Shown piece after piece: positions 1 through 15,415 of a DNA stretch of 64,000 bases. Where the stretch lies: assembly GCF_009914755.1 (NCBI RefSeq), contig NC_060927.1. One strand, 5' to 3'. Under the pieces are notes generated by a model, which saw only the letters and a list, made by a program, of their open reading frames with translations, made no database searches and had not been told where the DNA came from. Made by a program: the position numbers and the translations under genes. Position 1 is the first letter of the stretch. Each line of letters begins with the position of its first letter. The DNA comes from the human T2T-CHM13v2.0 reference genome, Homo sapiens.

Positions 1-178
1 CTAAGCTATGCCACAGGGTGAGGGCATGACCTGACCATTTGGAGGGAGGTTTCCTCTCTTCAAATGAGAAGCCCAATTTTATCTTTCTGATTTTCACAGA
101 ATATATTTATTCCCATGAAAGTGTGAGTTGTGTGCTTAAGTGAAAAGGAGTGGCATTATAATAGCGAGTAATTTTTCT

Positions 179-475
<297 letters not shown>

Positions 476-633
476 AATAGTGAACAATTTTTCTAAAATG
501 AAAGATTTACTGTCCAAGTAGGTTGATGAACTAAAGTCATTCAAATAATATTTAGTTTCTTCACCAAGTGTGCCAGTATGCTGTGGGAGTACAATGTTCA
601 TATGAACATGCAGAAGAGGCATTTCCTGTCCTT

Positions 634-1030
634 TGCGATAGTTTTGTGTGTCAACTGGGCTATTGTTATTTAATCAAACACTATTCTAGATGTTGCTGTG
701 ACCACGTATTTTGTAGATGCGGTTGACTTTGAGTAATGATGACCCTTAATAATGTGGGTATGACTCGTTCAATCAGTTAGAAGGCCTTTAGAGTAAGACT
801 GAGGTTTCCTTAAAGTGGAAGAAATTCTGCCTCAAGACTGCAACGTCAGCTCTTGCCTGAGAATTTCCAGCCTACTGGCCTGCCATACAAGTTTTGGACT
901 TGCCAGCCCTCACAAGTGCATAAGCCAATTTCCTGAAACAAATATCTTTGTATAAATATATGTAAGTGTGCATATATACACACACACACATACACAACTG
1001 GTTCTGTTTTGCTGAAGAACACAATCCAAC
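634..1030 (+). mobile_element. MLT2-family (ERVL) solo LTR, old and diverged
   Basis: Starts TGCGATAGTTTTGTGTGTCAACTGGGC; contains GAAATTCTGCCTCAAGACTGCAAC and GCCAGCCCTCACAAGTGCATAAGCCAATT, a CA/TA tract, and ends near CTGGTTCTGTTTTGCTGAAGAAC, all resembling MLT2. Confidence 0.85.
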
Positions 1031-3314
1031 CTGGTTATAACATAACTTATTTAATTTTCTTAAACACTATTAAGATATCTGTTAGGAAGTCTTCCATATA
1101 TATATGTGTGTGTGTATATATATATATATGTATACACACATATATTAAATTCAACTTAAAGCTTTTTATATTCTCTTTATATCTTCTTTAAATTTAATTT
1201 TTAATGACAAAATTGTCTTCTCATGCTCAGAAAAAAAACAGGATAAATTCTAGGTTTGAAACTCAGTTCTACATTTTAACCTGTGCTGACGACTTTAAAA
1301 TACTCAACTTGTACCTGTTCATTAATATTTTTATTTAGAAAATAAATAGAACTAATATGTCTATATTACTAAGTTATAAAAAAGGATTAGATTCTCTTTT
1401 TTTGGTACCTCAATTTTCTCCTCTGTTTAATAGCAATAAAACTTGTCAACTTTCTGCCTTAGAAAAATATATTTTTTTAAATACCCAAATATTCAGAGAA
1501 AAGTTATAAATGCATAGGAAAAAGCACCATTTATATTCAAATAATTACTAAACGTTTTTAAAAATCTGATACACACAAAAAATGTGAAAGTAAACACAGT
1601 CAATTGTTTTATCACTGTTATAATTAATGATTTTTTAAATAATTAAAACTTCAAACCTTCAGGATTTGTACAGTGAATTTGTATTGCACTTTAGGTTTTA
1701 TAATTTAAAGATAATTTTTTGGAAAGTAAATTGCAAAAACTATATCATTTTCTTTATCTTAATTTAAAAAGTCAGCCATCAATGGCCAGACACCAATCTT
1801 GGTGTGTATACTTTTGAAGTTATCCTGTTCACTCTGGAAAGATTTATATCAAATACCTTCTAAGGTGAAAAGTTATTTATAGATTATTGAAAGTATGTGT
1901 GACAGAAGACTTTTTAGTAAAATACAAATTATTCCAATAGTTAAGAACAGTTATTACTTTAGTGAAATATAATATACTCTCTCTTTTAAAATTCTTGCCC
2001 TGATTTTCTATGCCTCAATCCCTTTGTTCCATCTTTTTTATTGTTCCATTGAAATCAGTGAAGGAGAATGATTAATCTTATCCAAATGAAGCTCCAGAAG
2101 TGTACATGGCTGTACCAGACATCTGGTGTGTTAACTATCAGCAGATCGGCCCTACAGCAGCTGATGACAGCAGACAGGAGTCTAAAACAGGAGCATCCAC
2201 CTCAGGTCTTATTTATAATGCAAGAGTCAGTGATGAAGCGCACATGCTGCCTTGAAATGGCACAGCTGTGAAAAGACGCAGCCTCGGGCTGCTGCGAAAT
2301 GGCATTAGATGTTATTTAGCAGCCCTTCCCAAGCACTTACCTAATAGAGGCATGTGCACTATTTCCCAGACTGAACAATAGGGGCACACCGAGAGAAAAA
2401 CCTCTAGTGGAAAGGATTCAAAACTGGGTCTAAGAAATATCCATGCATCTATCGGTGGATAGTGTTAGATAAAAAAATTTGTTGTTGTTACAGAGGATTA
2501 TATAAATAATTTTAAAGTTTTGTGTTTTTAACATTTTAAAATAGTTTTTCTTCTTTTATTATTAAAAAATCTGCTGAAATATCTCCCAGGGATATTGCTT
2601 TTCTGGGTTTATTTCGGAAAGTCCCACCAGTGGAAAAGCAGCAAACTGAAAGTCCGATTCCACATATCTTTTTATTACTGCTGACTACAGACTTCTTCAG
2701 ATAGTAGCAGTTAAAGTTCAAAACTGTAATTTCCCCCAGCAAATAGGAATTGGAAGTCTAGAGAGTTAATAGTGCTTTTTCATGAAAACCCAACTCTGTG
2801 ATCTAATTTCAGATTGCAGGAAATATGCCAACTCTAGTGGCTAATTAGAGTTGTTCATTGAAAATTATTTGTATCCAGCCTTTAATCCCTTACAGCAAAG
2901 TATATTGACGACGTTGGCAGCATAAACATTGGCAGCATGAATGTTAGATTTTTAGGAAAGAGTACAAGAAAAAATGGTTGCATTTGGATTATGCGGTTTC
3001 CTTGGCTGAAAAATTTTCAGACGACAAGATGCTAATTTCGGCTAAATTTGGTGACAGTTCGCATTTTCCACTTAAATACTGGAGCCTTTTTTTTGAGAGA
3101 GGGCTTTAATAGGAATATATTTCTCTCACATATCTCCACATTGAAGAATAATTCTGGGATAGACTGGCATTTGCTTTGCTAGTTAAGATTTTACTAGATT
3201 CATTAAATTCAGATTGTTTTAGGATTAAACTGAAAACCTCTTCCTTTGTTGCCACAGTTATACCCATCTGGGGTTTAATCCTATTTTTCCAAGGGACATC
3301 TAACTCTAATGTAA

Positions 3315-3445
3315 ATTACATGAAGCCAGAGAGTTTTTATCTAATTGGTTGACTGCTGTAACCTGAGAGCCCACTGCAGGACTTGGCACATAGATTCGGT
3401 ACCCACCATATATTCATTAAGTGAATGATTGAAAGAATGAATGAT
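3315..3445 (+). mobile_element. L2 3' end fragment
   Basis: TGACTGCTGTAACC...TTGGCACATAG...TGAATGATTGAAAGAATGAATGA resembles the L2 terminus with its (TGAA)n tail. Confidence 0.7.
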
Positions 3446-4959
3446 ATTTAGTCTCAAGTGAGGGAGAGAATGAGACTGTATTTAGATCAACTGGTAAGCC
3501 TAAATACTTGGTGTCAAAGTAGTTCACTCCAGCAATGCCAGGAACATTTGGATCCCAACCACACCCTGTGTTCCATCCCTTCTTCCTCCTTGCTTTTACT
3601 GCCGCTATTTTAATAAAACAGTTTTATTTGATCTTTTTACAAGTGAAAGAGTTGGGCAGAGCTTAATGAATGACCTTTATATCATATTGACTGTAGGAAA
3701 ATTAAGAAAACTTAATTTCCCCCACAATATCATGGCCCTAAGCTAGGATTTTTAAAAATAAAGAGCAGCTTTAAATCATACAGAACATCAATTGCGTCTA
3801 AAAGTGACCCTTAATAAAACAACAATAATAAAAATTAAAAGAACAACAACATATGTAGTCAGCAAATTTTGTCTTCAGGACTCTATGCCTCCACTTTTTT
3901 CTTTGGTCATACTTTGCCCAAAGGCACTCAGTTTCTCCACTTCATGTCATCCTCCTCTCCCAGAAGAAAATTTTATAATTCATTCACTTTGAATTATTAA
4001 TGAGACTTAATCTGTTGCTATCCAGAGGTATTACAATTTTAAATAAAAAATCCATTTCTAATCGTGTAAGAGTATTTGAGGCATTAAGAGGCTAACTGAG
4101 AAGCCCTGAAATCATATGATCCATTCCCTATATAATATTAATGAATATTAGTTAGCAATAAAACTCATGGGCTAGTAGTAGAGGCAAATTGGTAAAAATA
4201 ATTCTAAATTTCTATAATTAGTGTGAATAACATAAGTATGTATCATGTGATTGTTTCAAAGGGGGGTGATCAGTTTGCCTGAGCACTCTGGAAGAATCAT
4301 TATTTCACAAATCAGCCTTTTTAAAAATAATTGGATAGGTTTAATAATTTTTTTAAAATGTATCCTCTTGTTGAATTGAAGACTGTTTTAATGTTCTTTA
4401 CACATTAGCCAAGTACTGGCCACTGGAGTGGAAAAAACCTCAGATGTTTTAGGTAGGTAGGTTTTTCTTCTTCTTCTTTAAGAACTGCTTATTTCCTCAA
4501 CATTCAACAAGCTATATCCTTGTCTAATTTTAACTACTCCCCTTTCCACTAGACGCCATGGACTTCCAAGCATCTGTTCTAACTTAGTAAGGTTCTATCT
4601 AACATGGTAGCAGCTGACAAGAGGTAGTGAATTTGCCTCTAATAATGAGTGGACTATCACTCACTTGGTAGGTCCTCTGCCCGACTTCATTATTAGATGT
4701 GAAGTTTAATTAGGGGCTGAAGAAGTATAATTTCAAACACAGAACTCCTTTTAGAATAAAGACGCAGGTCACTGTCTACTTGCAGCTACCACAATCTATG
4801 TCTGCAATGGACTGGAATTTCTGAAAGGAAGGGCATAGCACTAAGCAGGCTGCTGAGGTGTTTTAATCCCTAAAATTCCAGTGGAAAGGTCACCATAAAT
4901 GCCAAACATAACAGGACTTTAGTGACCATGAAACTCCCCTGAGAAATCCAGATAAGAAA

Positions 4960-5295
4960 CAAATGATTAGTAGAGATTTAAAACAATGATAATACAGAAT
5001 GCTGGTGAGAAGGATGCATGATTACATCTCTTGGTGGATTCAGCCTTCTGGAAGGTGATTTGGCAATGTGTGAATAATCTGAATGATCTAAATACCAGCC
5101 TGGACAATATAGCAAGACCTTGTCTCTAAGAATAAAAAAAAAAAAAATTACCCAGGCATGGTGGTATGTGCCTGTGGTCCCAGCTACTCAGGAGGCTGAG
5201 GCAAGAGGATCACTTGAGCCTGTCCAGTTGAGGCTGCAGTAAGCTTTAATCGCACCACTGCATTCCAGCCCAGGTAACAGAGTGAGATCTAGCCT

Positions 5296-5334
<39 letters not shown>

Positions 5335-5740
5335 AACATGTGCACGTACTTTGATCCAGAAATACCTTAAGCATAATCGGAGATGTATGTAAAAGTTTCC
5401 CTTATAAGTATGCTTATAGCAGCATAAGTTTAAATATTGGCATATATTTGATCATAGAAAGTTGCTTAAATTAAATTAATTTGCTTATCCATGTGACTGG
5501 ATATGACAGAGTCACTGAGAATCATACTATAGAATAATGAATGACATGGGAAATGGTACTTATTAAATATTAATGGAAAGAAACAGGTCACAAAAATTAT
5601 GCATTGTGACATGATTTAAATAATGTAAAGTACATGTATGTATGTAAGAGTAGGGGAAACTCAAAGTATTGACGTACCATACAGCAAAATGTAAAATATC
5701 TGATCCCTTAGCTATAGAGATGAGACTTTTTTTTTACTTT
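4960..5740 (+). mobile_element. Old L1M fragment (ORF2 end/3' region) split by an Alu
   Basis: GATAATACAGAATGCTGGTGAG, CAGCCTTCTGGAAGGTGATTTGGCAATG and TACTTTGATCCAGAAATACC match degraded L1M 3' sequence. Confidence 0.6.
5094..5329 (+). mobile_element. 5'-truncated AluJ with long poly-A tail
   Basis: ACCAGCCTGGACAATATAGCAAGACC...GAGGATCACTTGAGCC...GAGGCTGCAGT, followed by a ~33-nt A tail. Confidence 0.92.
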
Positions 5741-6764
5741 TTTCTTCATACTTTTCTAGAAATTCATATTTTCTATTATGATGAACCATAAGAAGTTACC
5801 GTTAACTGACTATAAATGGCCATTTTATAAGGTTCAAGCTCATGAGCTGAATATAAATATTTTTATAATAAAAATAATAATTTTGGTTTATTAAAGAAAT
5901 GATCTTCCTGCCACACAGGCTGAGATATTAGTCTTTCATCTGTAATAGGTTGCAGTCAGGTTAGCTAAAAATCAGCAAAGTTCTTGTTTTCCAGCACCTT
6001 TTCTGTTCACTCCAGTGTGTATGCAGAAAGACAATAATATTCTAGGTGTGTTGTGAACCAAAAACATTCGATAAACACTGGTTGATCAAGAAAACATTTT
6101 CATGTTCCCTTTTATGACAGGGAGGGTGGTGTGGGAAAAACCAAGAGATTTTATTATTTTGTCTGGGAAGAGGCCCATATGTATGAGTTCCCTTTGTAAA
6201 GGAAACTGTGACACCAAAAAGGTATTGCTTTACCCTTGCACCAGTAGATTTTCCCAGCTTCTATCTTTAACAGGGAAAGCCAGGCTCATAAAATGAGATT
6301 GAAATATAAAACTTTCTTTCCACACATGCACCCACCGTCTAACCTCAATCACTCTGATTTGCAGTCTCTCACTTCACCAGTAATCACTGCCATCCTAACT
6401 ATGGAGTGGTTGAGCCAAGCTGTGGGATTGTGGCATTAGATTTGCAAGGCTCTAGAAGTGTGTCGTAAGATAAACATAACATTGCTAAAGCCCTGAATCG
6501 GATCATATGACTCCTTAAGACTTCAAGGAGGGAACATACCACCTATCAAATGGCATGGCTCAAAAAGGCATAGCTTAGTAGGTTAATTTACTTTTCCTTT
6601 TACTGGATGACTAGTGCAGCTGGTAGGTTTTGGGCAATCAGCTAAACTTAGAATTGTGGTCAATAGACAGACATTCTCTGCTGAAAGTCTTGGCTGTGAG
6701 TACGGATTCACACTGGAATAAATTGTCTGAACTTTAACTACACAGAGAATTGGGCAACTTGTCC

Positions 6765-7075
6765 ACAGATATTTAGAAAAGAGTTGGAAGAATCCTTGAG
6801 GTTTTCCACTCCAACTGGCCACCCAATGAAAAAAAATCTCCATTAAAGCATACTTGATGGATGGTGTCAGTCAGTCTCTGCCCGAATGCACAGAAAGTTC
6901 AACTACTCTATGAGTCAACCTTTTCCATTGTTGGAGTTAGAAAAGGCTTCCATATTAGGGAGCTGGTATCTCCCTTGTTGTTGGTTTTTATATGGTCCTG
7001 GTGCTGCCCTCTAAAGCAGAAAATGTTTACTTCCCCTTTCACGTGATAGACTTTTAAATACTTGAAGGCAACAAC
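6765..7075 (-). mobile_element. Ancient CR1/L3 LINE 3' fragment
   Basis: GAGTTGGAAGAATCCTTGAGG...TCCAAC, TTCCATTGTTGGA, TGGTCCTGGTGCTGCCCTCT and AAATACTTGAAGGCA follow the reverse L3 consensus order as I recall it. Confidence 0.6.
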
Positions 7076-7179
7076 AATAGGTTAAATCTTAATTAATAAA
7101 CAAAATGAGAAGACTTGAGAAACAAAGAATAAATGCCAGCAAAAAACATGCTCACATTAAATGGAAACAAAGGCTATAT

Positions 7180-8665
7180 TTGCTTTTTAAAATAAACTTT
7201 TTAAAGAATAGTTTTAAATTTACAGAAACATTGAGACAATAGTGTTCCCATATACTTCCACTTATTACACACCCAGTTTTCTATATTATTAACATCTTGC
7301 ATTGGTATGGTACATTAGTTACAATTAATGAACCAATATGAGTACATGATTATTAACTAAATCTATACTTCATTCGATTTTCTTAGTTGTTACCTAACGT
7401 CCTTTTGCTCTTCCAGGATCTTATTCTGGATGGCCTGAATTAAGCACTACATTTAATCTCCATATTTCTTTAGGTTCCTATTGGCTGAAGAGTTCTTTAC
7501 TTTCCTTGATTTTGCTATTGTTGATGGTTTTCAGGAGTACGGGTCAGGAATTTTGCAGGATGTTCCTTTATGGAAATTTGTCTGATGGATGGGTTATATG
7601 TTTTTAGAACAAAGATCACAGAGATAAAGTGCCATTTTCATCACATATCAAGGGTTTATGCTATCAACATGATCTTGACTTTGATAACCTGGCTAAGGTA
7701 GTGTTTCTAGTGTTTCTTCACCATAAAGTTCCTCATTTTCCTCCTTCCTCATGGCAATCTTTGTAACAAAGCCATTCTGTATAGTGGGAAGTTATAATGT
7801 CCCTCTTTTAGAGTGCAGCATCTACATAATTTATTTTGAATTCTTCTGAATGGGAGATTTTTCTCTTCACCATTCAATCATATATTTATATCAATATAGA
7901 TAATGAATTAATATAGATCACTTATTTTATATTTGAGTTTAGAATTCAATGCTATTTCATGCATTTTGTTGCTCAAATAGTTCCAGTTTTGGCCATTGTA
8001 AACTCCTTCAATTGATGTTTGTGCCCCTTTGCCACACTCCCATCAATATAGGTTGTTTTATGGGGTTTATTGTAGTTGTTTTGTGTGTGTGTGTGTGTGT
8101 TGTTGTTGCTGTTTAAACACCTCCTTCTTGTACCACAGAATCTTCCAGGATTATCTGTATATTTCATCTCCCAGTCCTAGAATCAGTCATTTCAGACATT
8201 TCTCTAAGGGGTCTTGTGTTTTTGTTTTTTGTTTTTATTGGATAATGGTATTATTATAGAAATTAAGAACCAGGTGCTAGGTGTACTTGCTCCTACTGGG
8301 GAGTTGTTTTATTTAGGCACTCTCAGCTTACAGAACAAGGAAATGTATGTGAGTATCCTAAACCATGTATATACACATATCTACAAACTTTTCTATATGT
8401 AGCCATATGTATCTATATTAAGCTAAACATGAGTTCATACTGATATCTCCAACTCTAATTCACTCCTAGTGGATTATTTTAGCCTCCTGCTGCTGCCCAT
8501 CTGTAAACTGTCACTTCTACAGTAAGAAATGCAGCTTCTACCATCTGCTATCCATTTACTTAAATGTTTACTTCCAGTATATGTGTGTAGCAGAATCAGA
8601 ATTGTTAACCTGCACTCCTGTGAGAAACAACTTTAGCAAGGCATATGTACAGTTTTACCTTTTGA
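7180..8665 (-). mobile_element. L1MC/L1MD-type 3' UTR fragment
   Basis: TTATTAACATCTTGCATTGGTATGGTACATTAGTTACAATTAATGAACCAATA, TTACCTAACGTCCTTTT...CCAGGATC and AAAGTGCCATTTTCATCACAT are typical of L1MC/MD 3' ends in reverse. Confidence 0.85.
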
Positions 8666-9639
8666 TTTGCAGAGATGTTTGCTTTTAACAAACAGGATTT
8701 TTAAAACCTAGTTTATATTTTTGAGCCGTTCTTATCCGTCATTCAGTAATGACAATTTGCTATGGTTGATAGCACATTGCTTGCTTACTAGAATTTAAAA
8801 CTTTGCAGAAGCTGTCCTGCCAATTTATTTATTTATGAATTCAACATTCTTCTTTATAGAGAAGAGGGTATGCCACTAATAAGTACATTTCTGTTAAGTT
8901 AAAGGTAGTAAATTAAGCAAAATTGACCCATGTTAATGAGATTATTAACAGATGTCTACCCACCATGCCAGGTCGATTTCAACAACACCAAGGAGACAGA
9001 AAGCTAGAGAAGAAAGTCAGGAAATAAGAGACCTGCCACCTAAACAGTTTCAGAGATGTCATAATCCTCTAAGAATACTCCCCAAGAAAGGTTTCTTACT
9101 GTTTCAGACACCAGTTCTCAGATAGGAAAACCCAGCAACCTTCTTTTCAGCCAATAGAACCATTGTTCAAGTGACGAAGGACTGCTACAGTTTAGAAAGC
9201 ATTTGTTGGTAAAACTTTCATAAAAGTAGATGATGAACAAGCCTATGTTGATCACACTGGGTGTGTGCCAGTGTCTGATACTGAATACCCTCCCTGACAA
9301 GTGCTTCCGCAGTGCTTCCACATTCTTCCAACTGCAATACCTTAAAATAGAAGGATCAACTGTGTGGAATAAATGTCTGACTATCGGTCTGAAGATTTGG
9401 CTCCTCATTCTTGTTCTGCCAGTTAGTATTGGTGTGGCTTTGGAAAAGTCACTGAATCTATTACCTTATTTGAAAACTAGATGGATCATTAAGTAAGGTC
9501 AAAGTCAGTCAAGCTTTTAATGATTTTCAGTAGATGAAGCTTGTCTTTCCTAATGATGCTCTGTTTTTTTCCTTCACTAAAGGAAGAAAAAAATTATCTC
9601 CAAGAAACAACCTCTTACACAATTCAGTCTAATGAAATT

Positions 9640-9825
9640 CAGTTCTACACAAGAAATACTGAGATTTTATTAAGTGCCAGGCAATGTGCTAGGCCCTGAG
9701 ATAAACCTGTTTCGAAGACAAACAAGGTCCATGCCTTTGCAGAGCTGATAGTCTAATATGATAAACAAATAGGTAAACATGCACTTTACAGTGATGTATG
9801 ATAAGGGCTTTGATGGGTAACAAGA
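9640..9825 (-). mobile_element. L2 fragment
   Basis: AAGTGCCAGGCAATGTGCTAGGCCCTGAGATA...ACAAGGTCCATGCCTTTGCAGAGCTGATAGTCTA. Confidence 0.7.
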
Positions 9826-11379
9826 ACAATCACAAATATTTTTAAAAGAGCCCTAAACTTTTAAAAGTCTATTCTCAGGAAAAATCTGAAATATACTCTA
9901 ATAAGAAATTGTCTGTGAATAATTTAAAGACTATTCCAATTGTGGGGAAGGGAATCTATACTTCACAGCTTTTATTTACTGGAAAAAGATCCCTAAAAGC
10001 GCATTTTTAGGTATTTGCTGGCCTGTGGGGGGCCTGGGGCGTTCTCAAGCTCTTGACATCACTGTAGTATAGAGCCTATACTACTACAGAGATAGATGAT
10101 CATTTACTCTGCCCACTTGGCATGTAGCTGGATCTAATGCAAGACTCTTCATGTCTTATCTTTAGGTTGTCTTTTCAGCTCAGAAATATAAATATTCAGT
10201 ATTATTGGAACAAGAAGGCCTTTCAATCAACTTGTGCCATTGCCCACATTCCTTGAAAGGAGGACAGCCTGTTCTAAGTGATAACAAATTCTTAATTTAC
10301 TGAAATCTCTGCTTCAATCAGATCTGCTGCTGCAGCCTACTGCCCAGGCTGATAGCTCCCTTATCTACCCTCCCTCAGAAAATAAAAGGTGGAAATGCTG
10401 AATTGCTGCCAGTCTTCTTCCAGTCAAGGCCTTCTATTAAAAGGTCTGGAAGGGCCAGCTCCTTGCCCAGAGCACCTTCGAACATGGCTATGGAGTAGAA
10501 GCTCAGCTTAAGGACTTAAGGACAAGATGTTAAACTAGAAAAAAAGAGAAATGTCGATTTTGACTTTGAGAAAGCTCACAAGCCACTTAAATATTCAGAT
10601 CTATTAGCCAAGTCATAGCCAAAAGTGACTGTGGCATTTTCATCAGATAAGCAACAAAGATAAATACTATGTTTCCTGTCCCACAGTGATTACTACTTTA
10701 ACTTGTTAAATTTCTTTTAAGTTGAGGCTTTTTATATCTGTCACCAGATTCTGAATTCATTTTGTTGTTTGTAAATCAAGAAAAGAGTTGAGTTTCTTCC
10801 TGTGTGGACTAAATACTACTAAGCTTCATATTCTGGGCATTTATAGATTTACCTGTACTTTCTAAAATCCTTCCTCTCGACTTATTTTTTATTTTTAAGA
10901 ACCATTGGCCACTCTTTTGCCTTCCTCACTAAGTAAGCACTTACAGTTTGGGCACATGCTGTTTTACTAAACACAATGGATCCAAACTCATGTGTCAACA
11001 CAAGGGTTGTTGAGCGCAGTGAAGTTGTGGTATTAGTCATTCCAAACTGAAATTGTGGACTAATCTTTACAATTCCTGCCATTCGTTCCTCAGCCATCCT
11101 TCTCTTTTCCGTTAGCTAAATAACCAGGAAGGTGTTGAACAATGTAAACAGCATCCAAGCTTGGAAACATTGGCTGGAGATATGACTTGAGATGACTTAA
11201 GCCATCCAGTTAGGTCCAGGCCTGAATCCATTAGTTATCCAGTTTCCCCAAAGTTCAGAGGATAGTTTATAGATATAAGTATTGTATTTATACATATATC
11301 CATGCATCTATATGTATGTATATAAATAAATATATCTATGTTTGTGCATGAATACACATGTACACACACAATTTCTTGT

Positions 11380-12854
<1,475 letters not shown>

Positions 12855-13025
12855 TTAAATTTTGTTTGACCATTTTATATTCGTTTTAATGAAATTTTTT
12901 TGTGGACTTCTTTTTCTTTAACCTTTATTTTAGGTTCAGTGATATATGTGCAGGTTTGTTATATAGGTAAATTGTATGTCATGGGGGTTTGTTGTACAGA
13001 TTATCACCTCACCCAGGTAATAAGC

Positions 13026-13383
13026 TGATATGGTTTGGCTGTATCCCCCACTCAAATCTCACCTTGAATTGTAATAATCCCCACGTGTCAAGGGCAGGGC
13101 CTGGTGGAGATAATTGAATCATGGGGGTGGTTTCCCTCATACTGTTCTAGTGGTAGTGAATATGTCCCACGAGATCTGATGGTTTTTTAAATGGGAGTTC
13201 CCCTGCACAAGGTCTCTCTTGCCTGCTGCCAGGTAAGACCTGTCTTGCTTTCCCTTCATTTTCTGCCATGATTGTGAGTCCTCCTCAGCCATGTGGAACT
13301 GTGAGTCAATTAAACCTCTTTCCTTTATAATTTACCCAGTCCTGGGTATGTCTTTATTAGCAGCGTGAGAACAAATTAATACA
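13026..13383 (+). mobile_element. THE1 (ERVL-MaLR) solo LTR
   Basis: TGATATGGTTTGGCTG...TTAATACA termini, ATTAAA poly(A) signal, 5-bp TSD TAAGC/TAAGT. Confidence 0.96.
13111..13121 (+). promoter_or_regulatory. DUX4-type double-homeodomain motif within THE1 LTR
   Basis: TAATTGAATCA fits TAAYYBAATCA; motif match only, no evidence of function. Confidence 0.4.
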
Positions 13384-15415
13384 TAAGTATAGTCCCCAAC
13401 AGGTAATTTTTTGATTCTTACCTTCCTCCCATTCTTCACCCTCAAGTAGGCCCTGGTGTGTGTTATTCCCTTCTTTGTGTCCATGTCTAGTCAATATTTA
13501 GCTCACATTTATAAGTGAAAACATGCAGTATTTGGTTTTCTGTTCCTGTGTTAGTTCACTCAGGATAATGGCCTCCAGCTCCATCTATGTTGCTGCAAAG
13601 GACAGGATCCCTTTTATGGTTTTTTTTTAATGATTGCATAGTATTCCATGGTACATATGTACCACATTTTCTTTATTCAGTCTACATATTGATGAGAATC
13701 TAGGTTGATTCCATGTTTTTGCTATCGTGAATAGTACTGTGATTGATGCACATATGTGTGCATGTGTCTTTATGGTGGAATGATTTATATTCCGTAGGGG
13801 ATATACCCAATAATGGGATTGCTGGGTCAAACGGTAGTTTTATTTTAAAGTATTTGAGAAATCATCGAACTGTTTGCCACAGTTGCTTAACTAATTTACA
13901 TTCTCACCTCTGCACCCTTGCTAGAATCATTATTTTTTGTCTTTTTAATAATAACCATTCTGACTGATGTAAGATGGTATCTCATTATGGTTTTGATTTG
14001 CATTTCTCTAATGATCAGTTATGTTGAGCATTTTTTCATATGCTTGTTGGCCGCGTGTTTGTCTTCTTTTGAGAAATACCTATTCATGACCTTTGCCCAT
14101 TTTTTAATGGTGCTGTTTGTTTTTTGCTTATTGCTTTGTTTAAATTCCTTATGGATTCTGGATATAAGACCTTTGTCAGATAAATAATTTGCAAATATTT
14201 TCTCCCATTTGGAGATTGTCTGTTTACTCTGTTGATAGTTTCTTTTGCTGTGCAGAAGAATTTTAGTTTAATTGGGTCCAATTTGTCAATTTTTGGTTTT
14301 GTTGCAATTGCTTATTGTGTCGTGGTCATAAAATCTCTGCCAGGTCTTATGCACAGAATGGTATTTCCTAGGTTGACTTCAAGGATTTTTATAGTTTTGG
14401 GTTTTACATTTAAGTCTTTAATCTAGGGGTCCATTTTCGATCTCCTGCATATGGTTAGCCAGTTATCCCAGCACCATTTATTGAATAGGGAGTCCTTTGT
14501 CCTCATTGCTTGTTTTTGTTGACTTTGTCAAAGAGCAGATGGTTGCATGTGTGCAGGATTATTTCTAGGTTCTGTATTCTGTTCTATTGGTCTATGTATT
14601 TATTTTTGTACCAATACCATGCTGTTTTGGTTACTGTAGCCATGTAGCAAAGTTTGAAGTCGAGTAATGTGACTGCCTCCAGCTTTGCTCTAATTGCTTA
14701 GGATTGACTTGGCTTTTGAATCTCTCTTTTCGGTCTATGTGAATTTTAAAATAGTTTTCTCTAAATTTTTGAAGAATATCATTGGTAGTTTGATAGGAAT
14801 AGCACTGAATCTCTAAATTGCTTTGGGCAGTATGGAAATTTTAATGATATTGATTCTTCCTATTCATGAACATGAATTTTTTTTGCATTTGTGTCATCTC
14901 TAATTTATTTGAATAGTGCTTTTTAAATCTTATTGTAGAGATGTGTCACCCTTCTGGTTGGTTATACTTCTAGGTGTTTTATTCTTGTGGCTATTTTGAA
15001 TGGGATTGCTTGATTTGGCTCTCAGCTTGGATGTTATTGGGGTAGAAATGTTACTCATTTTTGTACAATAATTTTTCACCCTTAAACTTTGCTGAAGTTG
15101 TTTTTCAGATCAAGGTATGTTTGGGCAGAGACTAAGGGGTTTTCTTGGTATGGAATCCAATCATCTACAAAGATAGTTTGACTTCCTCTCATCCTATTTG
15201 ATGCTTTTTATTTCTTTCTCTTGCCTGGGTACTCTGGCTTGGACTTCCAATAATATATTGAATAGGAGTGGTGAGAGAGGCATCCTTGTTTTGTGCTGCT
15301 TTTCCGGGGGAATAATTCTAACTTTTGCCCATTCAGTATGATGTTGACGATGGGTTTGTTATAGATGAGCAGTTATTTTGAAGTATGTTCTTTCAATGCC
15401 TAGTTTTTTGAGCAT

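Noticed and set aside
9118-9496. Overlapping 96-aa and 88-aa ORFs
   Set aside because: No recognisable domain or splice context; the 3' part overlaps MIR-like sequence, and the length is within chance expectation.
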